64,000 nt of DNA from Laetmonice hystrix (taxonomy: Eukaryota), in contig OZ249436.1 of assembly GCA_965235115.1 (NCBI GenBank), positions 59,148,001-59,212,000 of the forward strand. Direction: 5' to 3'. Position 1 is the first letter of the stretch; every line of letters starts with the position of its first letter. A program made the position numbers and the translations under genes. Below, in pieces: positions 38,391 to 52,299 of the stretch. Under the pieces are notes generated by a model. That model was not told the origin of the DNA, did no database searches, and was given only the letters and a program-made list of their open reading frames with translations.

Positions 38391-41300
38391 ACAGCATACC
38401 TAGGCGTAGTACATGTACATAAAAAGTTGCCGAAGTTTCTGAATACTGTATGGAATACGACGGTCTAAAGTCTCGTTCAGTAAATAGCATTGTACTTACT
38501 CCCCTGAACATCAGGTGTGAAATAACGTTGCCAGTTTTTGTTCCTTTATGATTTTCACATATTCGAAAAGCAACTGGCAACCTTTATTAACGAGACCTGA
38601 GTGAACATTTGCTGGTATATTGTTACAACCCAGTCTATTGTATGGGAATAATGCTGTGCAGCTCTACCTTCTCCAGGGAGTATTAAGCCTGCCAGCAGAG
38701 TACAAACCAGCAAACGCAAAAAAAAATGAAGCGAACACATAATATAAGATCTACCTGGCAGTCTGATATGTTCTGGCATCTTCGTTTTCACGGCACGATG
38801 AAAAATAACCAAAACAGGTTCAGTAGGTTTACACTACATAAAAAAAGATCCTATACTGAACACTTGCCGACGCTGTGATTAAAGACAGTAGACCGTGGCG
38901 TAACGTATTCTGTCAGTGACGTAAATCTTGTTGGTGTACTCTCCAGTTTTATTATAAAAGTTTAGGACGCATGCTGGAAACTATTCATATCGCACTGCCT
39001 TTGTTAGCTGACCCGTTCTTCATCCCCGGAGTTTTGGAGGGAAACAATTTCCTACCATGACATTAAAATGTTGGTCTTGCAGGCATCCTCTTTTGCCCTC
39101 AAGCTTCAGCATCTATTATGAATTAGTCAGGGTACAAGGCCGAAACCACGCCAGCATGAAAACACCTCCATTATACCCATTTCGAACCATAGTTGTCTGG
39201 CACAATGTTGAACATGTATGGCCAAGCACCACAAACGGGCCAGACCTGGCTCAGTGCCTGTAAAGGTGTCAGTCGCGGGCTAGTTGGCCTCAATATGTTC
39301 TGGCCTGTGGCTAGGGAGTTGAAGCATTGAGGCCACATTCTGGGTGGCCGTGAAAGCCCAGATGAAGATGAATGTTGCTGGCTTTTAAAGTACAGTCTTC
39401 AGGGAAGGACGATAAAAGTGGCGATGCTGCGCCATCATGCAACGCCCATGGCAACTGTTCCCTCCCCCGTCTCGCCGGCATCCATAACAGAGGCCTCTGG
39501 GCTGGATGGCCACTGATCCACTCGTGAAATATCGCCACCCGGGGACCACCAGCCATGTGAAAAATCTAAAATTAATTTCAACGTGAATTTGTAGGGTGTT
39601 TTGAATTTCAATTGTGCTTAAACAGGGTTACATGTAAAAGCCCAAGTGCCATTCACCAAGGAAACAACCTGGAAGGTGAGGATGAGGCCTCAGTGGTGCC
39701 CGTACCCACTGATAAGAGAGCTGAAGTAATGTCTGCCTGATAATACGTGTCACATCCACCATGGACGGGAGATAAGCACGTTATCTGAGAGTGCCTACTG
39801 TGCCAAATGGTGCAACGACGCCTCATAGAAACAACTCATTGGCGCCTGATCGCATATATTTAAACATCTTTTATGGCTGCCAGTCGAATGTTACTGTGCA
39901 GTTTCTCAAGCCATACCTCTTACTTTGTGTCAGCTACCTGTGGACGGGGAAATGTGAACTATAAATGGATCCTCCACCCCACCACCCACTCCCTAGTGGC
40001 CTGCATCGGGCAACTTCTCAACTTCAAAGATGAGGCTGCATACCTCGTGGCAATCTTTACATTACTATAAGGAACGCACATCACTTGGGGAGGTGGAATC
40101 CCTATGTTAGCGACAGGAAATTGGAGTGGCAGCCTTGACTGAGCTTCATCAAAAGGCAATCTCCACAATCAAGGCTGATATCTAGCCTTAAACTCTGTCA
40201 ATGTTTACGACTCCAGGAAGCACCGATTCCTGAACTGAGGCTGAATGAACCACGATAGAACCCCGATGCGTTAGAGTCCATCTTTTAATAAAGTGTCTTT
40301 CAGCCGATGTGTGCTCTCATGAAACGTCATTACCTGTAAATACACATGACACATTAGCAGTCTGTTGTGCTATTGAGTGGGTGTTGATGTAACATAAGAT
40401 GATGATTAGCATGATAAGTCTCCATCGAAACAGCCGAGAAGTTGTAACGATGATTGAGCGAACCACCACCACAGGGAACCTCTCTAACAGTCACACTGAA
40501 ATATTTAAACAGTGGATTAATTCACAGGACATTGAACACATTATCATGGAAAAAAGAAGGGTGTTCATCATGCATATTTCATCTGCGAAAAGAATAGGGA
40601 AACCGTGAGGAGAGGAAACCGCCCATCACATGCACACCATTGACAAGAGTGAATCAATCCACTTGCATGCTATCAAATACCATTATCATTAATGAAGCTT
40701 TCACCTAGGTCAGGGCTTGGTGCACGCTGCTATCTGCTTCAACATCTGGTCTAGTTTGACCCCTGGTCTTCATGTCCCAGTACATGGGAGAAACCGCCGC
40801 AAACGAAGGCATGGGCTATTGATTGCGTTTCTTATATTCATATTGGGTCTTCAAGTGGCACAATGCTTTCTGGCAAAAAGCGTGGTGTACAGGATGAATT
40901 TATTCCATTTGTGCAATGTTTGCCAGCATGTGCGGTCCTGTGGGAAATTGCACCCTATGTTTCCCGTCAGTCATGTGGGCCGCTCTCGGGAGGCCATGCG
41001 ATTTCCTCATATTGACAGTGTGCCACTACAGGGGTCATAGGTTGACCATTACTTGAGCCAGTTGTCTTTGCCCTGCAACGGGTACCAAGTTGTATTTGAC
41101 TATAATGAGGCCAGTGACCAATGGCGGCCTTTTACCTTTGCTGACCACCAGCAGGGAACTGATGGGTCCATCTAGAACCTTTGGTGTCCCCCTAGAGAGG
41201 CCCCATCCAATCCGTAATAGCCTTTCCTTGTGCCATCTACCCATCTCTCAAGGCAATGGTCAAAGTCCTTCCCCCTTTATATCATTACAAACTTAGACTC

Positions 41301-42485
41301 AGGCTCAAAGGTTAAATTTTGTTATTACGACCCCGATCTTTTTCCTTTCTGTGAACATAAAACAAAACTTATCAATGAATTTGTGCGCTTTACCGAAGCA
41401 CATCCGTTTTTTCTATACTACTAGTATTCCACATTTCTTGTTTAAGGGATAAACTATTTGCAACTTCTTCTCAACCTTAGAAAATCCTGGATGAAATTTC
41501 CAACTAGCTGAATGTGATTGGTAATTCATTATTTTGTCAGTAAAACTAGATCTCCGAGAAATCAACAAGTCATGATGAGCCAACTACAAGTCTGTTCTCC
41601 TGCACTACTTCACAGCTGACAATCAGAATCGCCGAACTGACATAATGATTTGCCATTTGATTTCTTCAAATCTTGTGCGCCAGATTTCTTATTTAAGTAT
41701 GGATGATTGCATTTCTTGACAAATGAGCACACTGCTTCAAAGAGTTTTTTCAGCGTTGGCTTCACATACTGTGATGTTCATTTTTTCTATTTTTGTCCTC
41801 AGGAGTTACCATTAAAAAAAACGTCTTTAATGTTATCATTCTGATACTTATATCCCCCGTATAAGCCCAATCAGTTGCTGTTCACTTGTCATATGCTACG
41901 TGTTTACTGATGCTACGGCAGCATAATGATATACATACTTCACTAGACATACATATAAGGACTCCATCTAGTCTTCACTGGTAGAAAATCCGACAAGAAG
42001 GGATGGAATCCGTCAGTGACCTATCCTAGTTATTTATGAGTAGTATATTACAGGTGAAGCTATGACAAAACGATGCGATAACACATGATTCAAGTTAGAG
42101 GTGATACTGTTCTGGCCTGATTAAAGAAATGAATAGTCTATGGAATGGTCTCCAACCTATGCGAATTGACGATCCCCTTGTAGTTCGCCGTGTTTGTTCA
42201 GGTACACACTTCATGGATAACATTGATGTATTCTAGGTCCTGCTACGTATGCGTGGCATATAAGGAAAAAGGTCATATGGGCTCACATTTAAGAGAACCC
42301 AATCCGGCACAGAATGTAATGCACCTGTCAATACACCAGTAGACCATGACAGCCGCATAAATCTCGGTCAGCCGATATGTGATATGGGAAAATGTTCCAT
42401 GTCGAGATCACATCTGTTAACTTAAGTAATATCCAGATAACATATGATTTTCAGCTGAGGTTCCATGAGCTAACTTTAGCGACAA

Positions 42486-42524
42486 CCCCCCCCCCCCCCA
42501 AAAAAAAAAAAAAAAAAAAAAAAA
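42486..42524. repeat. Homopolymer junction C14-A25
   Basis: C run 42486-42499 directly followed by A run 42500-42524. Confidence 0.9.
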
Positions 42525-45500
42525 CCAACTCTGTTGTCATTTAGGCCATCAGAGCTCTGGCTTACCACTAATACCGGTTATGGGTCGTCCAAATGGCAAT
42601 CAGCGTTTTACATGTAGACAATGTTGTGCAATTCAGACATCAACTCCTCAAGGGCCAGGAGGAAGGATTTGGAGTCGCTTCCCTACCAAGTTGGTGACAG
42701 TATCATTTTGCAGCTGTCAGGTTCCCTGCATTTTCAGCACAAAACCATAGATTGGCTTCTCCCTTCCCGCTGCAGGCGGTGTTGCCAGCGCAATCAAGTA
42801 ACCACAGCAATTTCAATACCCTGGCTCTGATGAATGAACATTTCCATTGGAAATAATCTCAGACCTGAATTTTCCGTATAAGGCTATTGACCCGATTGGG
42901 CTGAATTCCACAGGGAATCCGTGATGAAGAACGGTGGAGATGTCCTAAAACTGTAGCAGTGAAGGTGAAAAACGTCGCTAGCAGTAGACAACGTGCACTG
43001 TGAATCAGTGAAACCACGGCTGGGGACGTTCTCTGATTCAGGCCAACTGTTTCACGATTCCGCTGGACCTGGCAGGTCAAGCTACCAATACACTCGGCAT
43101 GGAGATATGCATTCATTGAGACTTATTGTTGACGGATATTTAAGGGATCTCCCCTGTTGATATGTCATGCGAATATTTCCCTGGCCTTGGAAGGCACCTG
43201 TCGGGTGTATTACTAAGTGTAGCATATAAAGGAAGGAAAATCGATGAGCACAACAACTGATTCCCCTCCCATTGAGCAATGTCATCGTCGACTGGAAAGG
43301 TCAATAGTAGGCCAATGTCTGCCATGCGTTATGGCAGACATGCTGCAACCCTTCACCCTTTTTTTACATTCATCTTTGGGCATTCATGAAAGGAAAGAAC
43401 CTCACATTTTCATGGAGCTGTGTACACGGCGACGGCATTCAATTTGCTCGTAGAAATTTAATTTTGCTGCTAGCCAACATAACATGACAGAAGACCAGGG
43501 GCCGTGGGAATGGAAGGATCCAACCCATGTCCAATTTTAATATTTGATTGTATTAATCCCTCGGTGCCTGTATGTGTTAGCGAGTGGGGAGGTGAATGAA
43601 ACGGGCAGAATATCGTTTGAAGTTCGCATTGTGAAAGTAAGGGCTTGCGATGATTACCTTGGGACCCCCTCCCATCACATTATCATACAAAAGTAAAGAA
43701 GTCTGAATCAATTGGGACAAACCCTATGGTAATATCTTCACACTTTGATTGATCAAGAAGAACATTTTTATGCACCTCAACTTCAGATGAGTTATTACTG
43801 GAAAAAATTGTCTTCTCATTTCGTGGCGCTAATATTAAGCCGACATATTGACTTTTATTAACACCGCCTTCCGTGCTAACGGTAAACTATATACAGACTC
43901 GGGTACTCTAACTCAATTTAGTGTCTTCCGATTCCAGACTGCCACTTTCCTCACTTATGGATCTGTGAGCGGAACATAGAGCTCTGTTATCAATTATCAC
44001 ATGATATTAGTGATTGTAATTATTAATATTATCTACTGTAGCCGCTCCTAAGTTTAACATGCTTATTGATGCAGATTAACGACATTAAAGACAGAATTGG
44101 CAGGGCCTTTATATGCTGAAGAGTTGGTACCTGGACTTGGAGTGATAAAAGTTGGTTCTATGCACCGATATAATTCATACTAGGAGCTGGTATATTTCCA
44201 TTCCAAAAGTAATCGATAAAATAATCAGGCCTGGATCAAAACGTTTTGATTATTCAGTGAATGAAATATTAGGTAGAAATTAAGCTGATTAAAAGGCCTG
44301 TGCAGATTTTGCATGTATATGAAGTTGAATAAACAAAGATATTTTGATTTTTATGCCGCCTCATATTGATCAGTGCGCGCCCATTGGTGGCAGCCTTTCT
44401 GATATGTAGGTAATTGTATAACAGTTGGTATTGCTGCGGGGAGAGTGGATTGCCTGGAGTCTGAGGGTAGGAAAACTACACCAGACAGCTAATTTAAGGT
44501 GGTAGCAAGCAGCCTGAATGCTTTAGCCAACCATCTCCCAGCATTTGCCGCTCCTGTTTGGGCCCCCTGCATGCAATGTAACAATCCATAAAAACAATGC
44601 TGCCATGTGAACGCTTTCACTTTGGCCCATTTCCGTTCAGGTAGAGCCGAGCTTCCCAGAGACCGAGATTTGACTGCTAACAGTTGCATCCAGCGCCTGT
44701 ACCGGAGGCACATTGATGGTAGCAGATGGCGCTGGGAATAGTACTGATACTAGACTTTCTGTCAAGCCATGTCTTATTTATGTGGTTGCATGTTTGTGCG
44801 ATGCTGATTTCAGGTTTGTTAGACATGAAATAGAGGAGGAGTCTCGCATCTCAGCCTGCCCATCTGCACGAGCATGCCACTGGAAGTGTCATCATCTCCT
44901 TCCTCTCATCCTCTATCTCTTTCCGACTCACACCCGTTTAGGTCCACCCTCAAAAAGTCGCATGGGCTCATTGATTAATTAAGCTGTCCCTTTGACACTG
45001 AAGGGTACTGGGACTGAGTACACGTTAACAATGGGTTTACACTGACAAGAAACTCGTCCACCTCCTCGTGACTAGACCGAAAGGACAGAAATACGGAACA
45101 CCATAAAACCAAAACAAGAACATAATGTCTCCCTTAGAAAGGATTCCATACACTAGGTAGCAGGCAAAAATTTGATTTGTCTATGACAATTCGTCCCCGT
45201 CCTCGTCAAAATAGTAGTAGGCAACTGCAGTAGTATACATATTCCCTCAAATAACATTGTAATTGGACGTGGGTTTGAAGCTTACCCCCATGGTCTTGTT
45301 ATTCTTACTTAAAATAAGGAAACTGCCGTTGAAATTCGGAGTGGACAGCCAGTAAAATGTTGGACAATGGGTCAGTTCTCTCATTAGGAATCGCCAGAAA
45401 GTTTAAATGCACCCCCTTCCCATGGCCCCTGCCGCCCCTTTCCTTTTTTCTGTATTTTGTTTCTACCTTTGGGTGTCCTTGTCATTCAAGTAAATATTCA

Positions 45501-48500
45501 GAAACGGACAATACCTGATTACCGCATGGTATAACGTATTTATATGGCCAGGATCATGTGAGCTTGTTGCTGCCCCCATGGGTTTTTAATCGGGTACCGT
45601 GTTCTCAGAGATTCCTGCTGAGTGCATCAGGTTTTTCTTCCTCTGGGAGGTGACAGCCTTTATATTACCTTGCACTATATATCTGTCACTGCTCATTATG
45701 GTCTCCTACTAATAAAATTACCTACTGTCTTGGTGGGGCACAAAATGATAGTAGTCAACAATCACCTCGACAACCATATACGACAACAATATAAAGTGAA
45801 CCAGCGCCTTGGTACGACTCGTATTAAAGATTCGGGTCGACTTAGCAAGGTCAATCCCAGCTTATAGCTCCAGTATTTTCCCTTTATTCTGCTCAGGGCA
45901 ACTGTCAATAAGCAAGTGCGTTTTGATATAAGAAATGCCAGGGAGCTTGCATTGACTGAGGCATGAAGGCATATGATGAACAGCCACTCCAGCCTTGGGA
46001 TGTGTGTTTATGGGATATATGAGATCATTATGGGAGTGTGGATGGTTCGGTGGGCCGGGGAGCTCACATCAAGGTGTTGGCTAACCATACTTGAGGCATG
46101 CGTGAGCTTCAATAAGAATGACCACTCTTGCTGACGGCTCGGCCATATATATGCTCCTCCTGTCAATACAAGACAAAATGTCCAATCTGACAGCGAAGTA
46201 TCTGCAAACAATGCCTTCGGGGCAGTGGGCCGGCAAATCATGGTCAAGGAGGTTGTAGGATATAATTAACGCGCAGCAAATTATGAAATAAAAGAACGAA
46301 ATTACACGTAAACTCAGTAACAATAAAGTCGGTTACTGGTAGGCCCTACAGATCACTGTATATGGAGGCTCTGAAGTATAGTCCTATATTGAATTTGTTC
46401 ATAGAGCACAAACTATGGGTGGCATGTGAATATTATCTGTATTATACGCTTAGTCAAATCATGGTGACACAATTCTGATCACGATTATTACCTTTTACTG
46501 TAGTAAGACACAACAATATTTATAACATCCATTCAGGTTGTCCTGGTTGAGAATATAGAACTGCCTCAGAGGTTAATACCATGGGATAATCTATGCGAAA
46601 AGGTAACGTAACTATAAATGAACAACTTCACGCAATCCTAAGACCTTCATTTACTGTGAGATTAGATAGTCAGTGATGTTAACTTCGTGCTAAAACACAC
46701 ATTAACCCTATGCACTTATAGTCTCTTTGGGTATTAAAAATCAGATAAATGCTTCTGGACAATATGCACGGAAACCACATTCGTCGGTCGAAAATAACGT
46801 TATAATAAGGTAATAATGAATACCTAACCAGAACCAGAACTCTACATTTATATGTACAAATGGCATACTTAATCTTAATCAGCATCTGGCCGTTCCCCGA
46901 GGCATTGCGCGGGTGGCCATGAGGTATCTTGCAATCTTCAAGAGGCCTTTCAAACGCACAATTGGTGTTCATTGCAATGACAAGGAACCTCATTTGGCGC
47001 CACCGAGAACCCTCTCGCCCAGACTTCGGGTTGTCACTGCCTCAACAGCTAGTTCCTCAATAGACGAAATTGCTAGATGGCGTAAAATGGCGACCAAAAT
47101 TACCTGACACACATTTCGTGGCACACTTTGTGGCAAGGTCTTTACTCTAGCCGGTAGGACTCAGAGGCTCTCGAATTATAACTGTACTGCTGTTTCCTTT
47201 AACTCTGACCAACGCCATAATATTGGGGTCAGTAGTTAGTGTGACCCTCAAACGACCTTCAGGTGGGGAGGTTAAACGTGCAATGTTTAGTGTCATACAC
47301 TCTGATATTCTTGACAATTTGTCATGGCCATAATGCTCTCAAGATAAAAGAATTTAGCAAAGATTGGTTTGTCTGACTGAACAAAGAATTTAGCAAAGAT
47401 TGGTATTGTCTAGTTAAAACGTTATAAGCGATAAATGAGAAAGGAAACTGTATTCGTGCATCAACCAAAGGTCCGTCTTATGATCGGGAACAAGGTAAAA
47501 ATCTTCTTGGTGGAAACATGAGTAACATATTAGACACAGATTAACTTGGTTCATATTATTACTTTCTGAAACTCATCTCTATCTATGGATTGAAGACGTT
47601 ATTCATCTTTCTTACCAATTGAATATGTACACCAGTATTAAATATACTGTGCCTCACTTTTCTAATCTTTCAAATTGTAACCAAAGACTCGGGAAGGATT
47701 AGTTTAGAATTCGAAGTAAGATCTGATTTCATCTACGTAGACAGAACCAGTACATTTTGAAGCGGTTAGGCCTACACATCTTTTAGACGTTCTCGGAAAT
47801 GTTACTGGTTTTAATATGACGCCAACGTTATCAGTAGGTAATATACAATATATCTGTGCACATTTTCTCAGTGGATTTCCAAACTACTTAAGTATTAATT
47901 TACAGCTTGTATACAGCTTTTCAGGTCCCCTTAGAATTAGATTAAAAAGGGAATAAAATATACATTCCTGGTAGTCACTTAGGTGTAACATAGGTAAGAA
48001 AAACTGCCAAATTGTAACATTTTCCAAATTAACTAGGGTTCCGGGCATGTACCGCATTCATCACATTGCCACTTAGGAAAACATGCTCAGTAAAATTGAG
48101 GAATTATTGGAGAGCAAATGATCCTGATTGGTCCAGTAACTGAAAACTTCGGCCAGCTCGTAGTGTAGCCCTGAGCAGTGGACGTCCACTGTAACCCTGA
48201 ATATGACATTGTCACAACCAATAGGATTGCAGCATTAATCATTCAGCAAGTTCAAATTGAGGCGTTGTCGCTTACTATTCCTGCATCCGCTTCAAAAGTA
48301 TCCATCATTTAATTATATCAAACTCCCCGTCTCCCTAATACTCCGACACAACCCAGGTTTGGCAGGGTCAGGCCTGCCGCCGAGGGGCGAGATAGGGGCG
48401 CAATAAGCTAAACATGGCACGAGTGTGTCAGTAAAGATAGACCTTCAGCTGCAACACAGGGCCTGCTGTCCCCTGCTGTATTTGGTCAAAAACCTGAATT

Positions 48501-48765
48501 ATTCATAGTAGATGGGAAACAATTTAAGAAATGGCCTGAATATCTTTGTTTATTGTTTGGCGAACACACTGAATAATACAAGTGTGGCAAGGACATAGCT
48601 CAACATATTTTTGCTGTTCTGCCTTACAGAATATTATATGCAAATAACCCCCAATTAGCAGCAATTATGCATACTTGAATCAGTATCATAAAGTTTATGT
48701 CTAACGACACCTTCTTGGCAACACTGATAGGGCTTGAAATCTATTTGGATTAAAAGAACTGTTAA

Positions 48766-49316
48766 AGGTTATATGTCACGAATTTCAAATAATACGACGT
48801 ATTTCAGCAAACAACAAAAATATGTCTGCATTGCGGTTTTCCGATATGCCCCAAAGGTCCCCTACCTGTTTATGTAGCTTTGCCCAGTATTTTGTTATAA
48901 AAATCGCCATTTCTTTATGCGGTCACTGAAAAAGACACACTTAGATTACGAGACCCCGGGATTTGCAGCCGGCTGTGTTTTGCACCCTTTTCACACGATC
49001 GGCGGATGGCAGCAATGGTGTGTGTTTACATCTCGAGTAATCACAGCAAGAGTCACGTGATCATGGGACCCTTTCAAACGATTCGCAGCAGCCAAAGGGG
49101 GCCAAAATGGCGAATTTACCGCACTTTGCGGACACTGCAGCTAGTTCTATTCATTTTTCTACAGGGAGAATTTCACAGCTGTTTACTCGTAGTATGTGTT
49201 AACAGAAATCAATATGAAAAACAATCAGTGCCATAAGTACCTACGTCAGGGGTGAGCAGGTAAGCAGAAAACTGAAGATTTCGGTCGATACCCCCCATGT
49301 CCGTGACATATTTCCT
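48766..49316. mobile_element. Kolobok-like non-autonomous DNA transposon (551 bp)
   Basis: TTAA at 48762-48765 and 49317-49320 flanks TIRs AGGTTATATGTCACG (48766-48780) and CGTGACATATTTCCT (49302-49316), 13/15 matching. Purine-purine (RR) termini with a TTAA duplication fit Kolobok rather than piggyBac (CCY termini). Confidence 0.75.
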
Positions 49317-49339
49317 TTAATGACGGGCAAATTCAAAGC

Positions 49340-49419
49340 GAAAAATAAACCCAGCACTAGCATATGAAAAATAAACCCAGCACTAGCATATGAAAAATAA
49401 ACCCAGCACTAGCATATGA
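49340..49419. repeat. Tandem repeat, 3 x 26 bp
   Basis: GAAAAATAAACCCAGCACTAGCATAT x3, perfect. Confidence 0.95.
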
Positions 49420-51279
49420 AGTATACCATAGAAGTCAAGTTTATGTTCTCTGTCACGGAACAACTTCAAATGAAACACACACAAATAAATTTGTGAACGT
49501 TACCAGCAGTTATAACACTTGGCTGAATAAATGCTAGGCTTGGCAGCCGATGAGCAATGGAATTTATATGTCATAACTATCATTACCTTTAGGGTAAATG
49601 TTCAGTTTATCCTATTTCTGACACAGAAACGATATTCTTACAACGTAATCGAAGGCCTGATAGAGACTCACCATTAATTGTAATATACCGTGGTACTGCG
49701 AGAACCGTGCTACGAGAATCACAGAATTCTTCCGCTCAGGCCTACAGTTCAAGACGGCTACCGATTAAAATTACAATTTTAGATCAAGGTATGGAGCATA
49801 CCTCATCGAACCTAAATTCCAACGGAGTGTAAAAGGCATCAGAGTCTAAATGGCATGGTATTACAATCTTACTCGTATGTCGAGCTCGATGGTGGCCTGC
49901 GTCTAACAATAATTCTTATGTTTTCCTATGCCAAGTCTCCTTATCCGCCTCATTAAAATACGGCATGTTTCATTCATGCAAACAGGTGCCCCCCCCCCTC
50001 CACATACTAGCCGGCTAGAACGAATGAAAAAGGGGAAACAGTACCTTATACAGTATATACCGACTGACAGTGTTCCACAACAGATGTCATAACCACAGCC
50101 CCAACTTGTCCTGAAGGCGGGATATATAAGACAGTTCTGTATCCATAATACTGTGTCTAGTAATCCTTCATTGTCTTAGCGATACGATTCCATGTTCTGT
50201 GACGGCGAACGGCGACGCCCTGGATTCTAACATGAAACCCTGCCGTAAAATCGAAAACATCCCAGTGCGGTACGTATGGGGGTGGTGAAGAACTAAATGG
50301 GGGTTGGGTACATGTCTACCACCGTTAAGCTCCATACACCCTGCCAGCGTACAATGTGCCCCTCGCACCCATGGAATATACCGTTCCAGTCAAACGAGCA
50401 GCTGGTCAGCTCCTCTACCACCGTCACATGTCGCTCTTGCCAAAGACACGCGGGCATGTGATGTCATGGAATGTGATATCTTTAAAAGCATGCATTCCCT
50501 TTTTCTCTATCCTCACACATGTAGCATGGTTCTTGGTCGGCACCTCTTGAAAGCCATTGCATCTACATTTTAATAATTCCACAATCATTCATCACTGATT
50601 TATTAATAATAGCCGTTCCTGCCTTGGTGTTATCACATACAGCTTCATGGCATCCTGATGCCATTTTGTAACAAAGACATGATTCAGGCTACATAATATG
50701 GTCCTAGATGAGCATGATGGATCCTTTTAATGAATGTGTAGCCATGCTAACAAGGCTTTCATGAGAAACATGCGCCCAGCGCCATTCAGCCACAGCGACC
50801 GCCTGTATCAGAAACGGAATAACATCGGAAAAGAATGCTACGTGTCAACCATCACTGATGTACGCGATTGAAAAGTTCTAATTCGACCGATTTATTACAC
50901 AATGGCTGCCAGCATGCTAACACCTACTTGACTGGAAACACATGCAAACCGTATAAATAATATTTACCCATTTAACAGTAAGGACCTTGACTGTATCATT
51001 CCTGACACCACATGCACACCCTTCGTCCCCTTCCACGGTCCCATGTGCTGTTTACGCACAGCAAATGGTTCTTACCATTTACATTTGCAGAGAAATCCCA
51101 TATAAAATACGAACATGTTATCGTTCATTTTTAACGGACTAAAAACATCAGTGACAGCTCCTGAAAAACTAAACCTTCAAACATAAAATAAAACAGTGCA
51201 GGACGGAGGATTTGTAAACATTTGAGGCTGGTCGATGGTGGGGTCCCTGGTGGGGGAAGCCGCTACATACGATGCACGC

Positions 51280-51379
51280 TGGAGATGCAGATCGCAAAGA
51301 TCTAGAAACCTCAACTTGATGCTACAGGTTTGGAGGTCCCGGATGAACCACGAAAAATACCTTGGGAGTGAATATCGAT
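51280..51379 (+). mobile_element. Possible highly decayed non-LTR retrotransposon (CR1/L2-like) reverse transcriptase fragment
   Basis: With frameshifts it reads (W)EMQ-IAK ... LDATGLEV ... HEKYLG/VNID (51349-51379). This resembles the order of the W-x-M-x-F-N-x-x-K-C and LE-x-V-x-x-x-KYLGVxID motifs at the end of LINE RTs. It needs at least two frameshifts. Confidence 0.3.
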
Positions 51380-52245
51380 GTAAGTAGGAACCTGCCTGAA
51401 CAGTAGAAAGGACTCGCGTGCATGCATTAGGATTCTGAAGCAACACAGGATCTATGTTCGCAGGCCTTCTAAAAAGCTATTGCAATGAAATAATTTTTAA
51501 CAAACAAAAAACCCATATCTAGTTTTTTAAATTCGTAATTGCGCGATTCTGAAAAAAAAACCCTCAGAGTGAGTCATTTCCAATCACTATATATCTTCCC
51601 GACGCAATATCTAGTAGTTATTAGTCAGAGCAACACCACACAATACAGGCAGTGAAACTGAAGGATAATGAAAGGCGATCCACAGGAGGCAATGCCGCTG
51701 AAATACACTTAGGTCTAACTGGTTTTATTGCATTCATCAGGCCTCGAGTAGAACTAACCGAAAGCTATGTATCAGTGTGAGTAACACCAGTACTGCAATA
51801 TAGGACCTGTGGAAACGCTCATTTATTTCGTTTGTCCAACAACTGATGCTGCATAATACAACAAAGTCAACCAAGAATAACCTTATAGTGGCCAGATAAC
51901 CTGCGGCAATAATCTCACATTTTACATCGCAACACATGATCCCTTGACACTAGGAGATTTCACAGTTGACCTTTGGTTCGAATAACTATATTGTAATGTT
52001 CCATCAATTCTGCACAATTTGATACTAACATTAATACATCCACAGCTACCACATCATTCTGCACTCTGTCCTCTCGCGTTATTCAACACTACTTCCCTAA
52101 GCTTTACTCCTGTTTACATGTATGTGACTTGGGTTCATGTCTAAGCTTTACTCCTCCTTACTTATCTAATTTTGCTTGGAGATTTTTTTAGCTTCTCCGT
52201 TTTCCAACCATCCTCCCGCGCTCGGGGTTGAACCGCTTCCAGCTA

Positions 52246-52299
52246 CCCCCCCCCCCCCCCCCCCCACACACACACACCCACACCCACACACACACACCC
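52246..52299. repeat. Poly-C plus imperfect (CA)n microsatellite
   Basis: C20 (52246-52265) running into a CA/CCCA repeat; a shorter similar tract lies at about 5527-5551. Confidence 0.9.

Noticed and set aside
40084-40143. LINE endonuclease-like EVESLC*RQEIGVAALTE
   Set aside because: Contains a stop and lacks the downstream GGGV and SDH motifs.
41072-41119. piggyBac cysteine-rich-domain-like GHWP...RCR
   Set aside because: The remaining cysteines and histidine are missing, and there is no transposase core or TTAA-CCC ends.
47440-47546. Penelope GIY-YIG tail-like phrase (RKETVF / IRASTKGPSYDREQG)
   Set aside because: Requires frameshifts; no GIY or YIG motifs or RT upstream.
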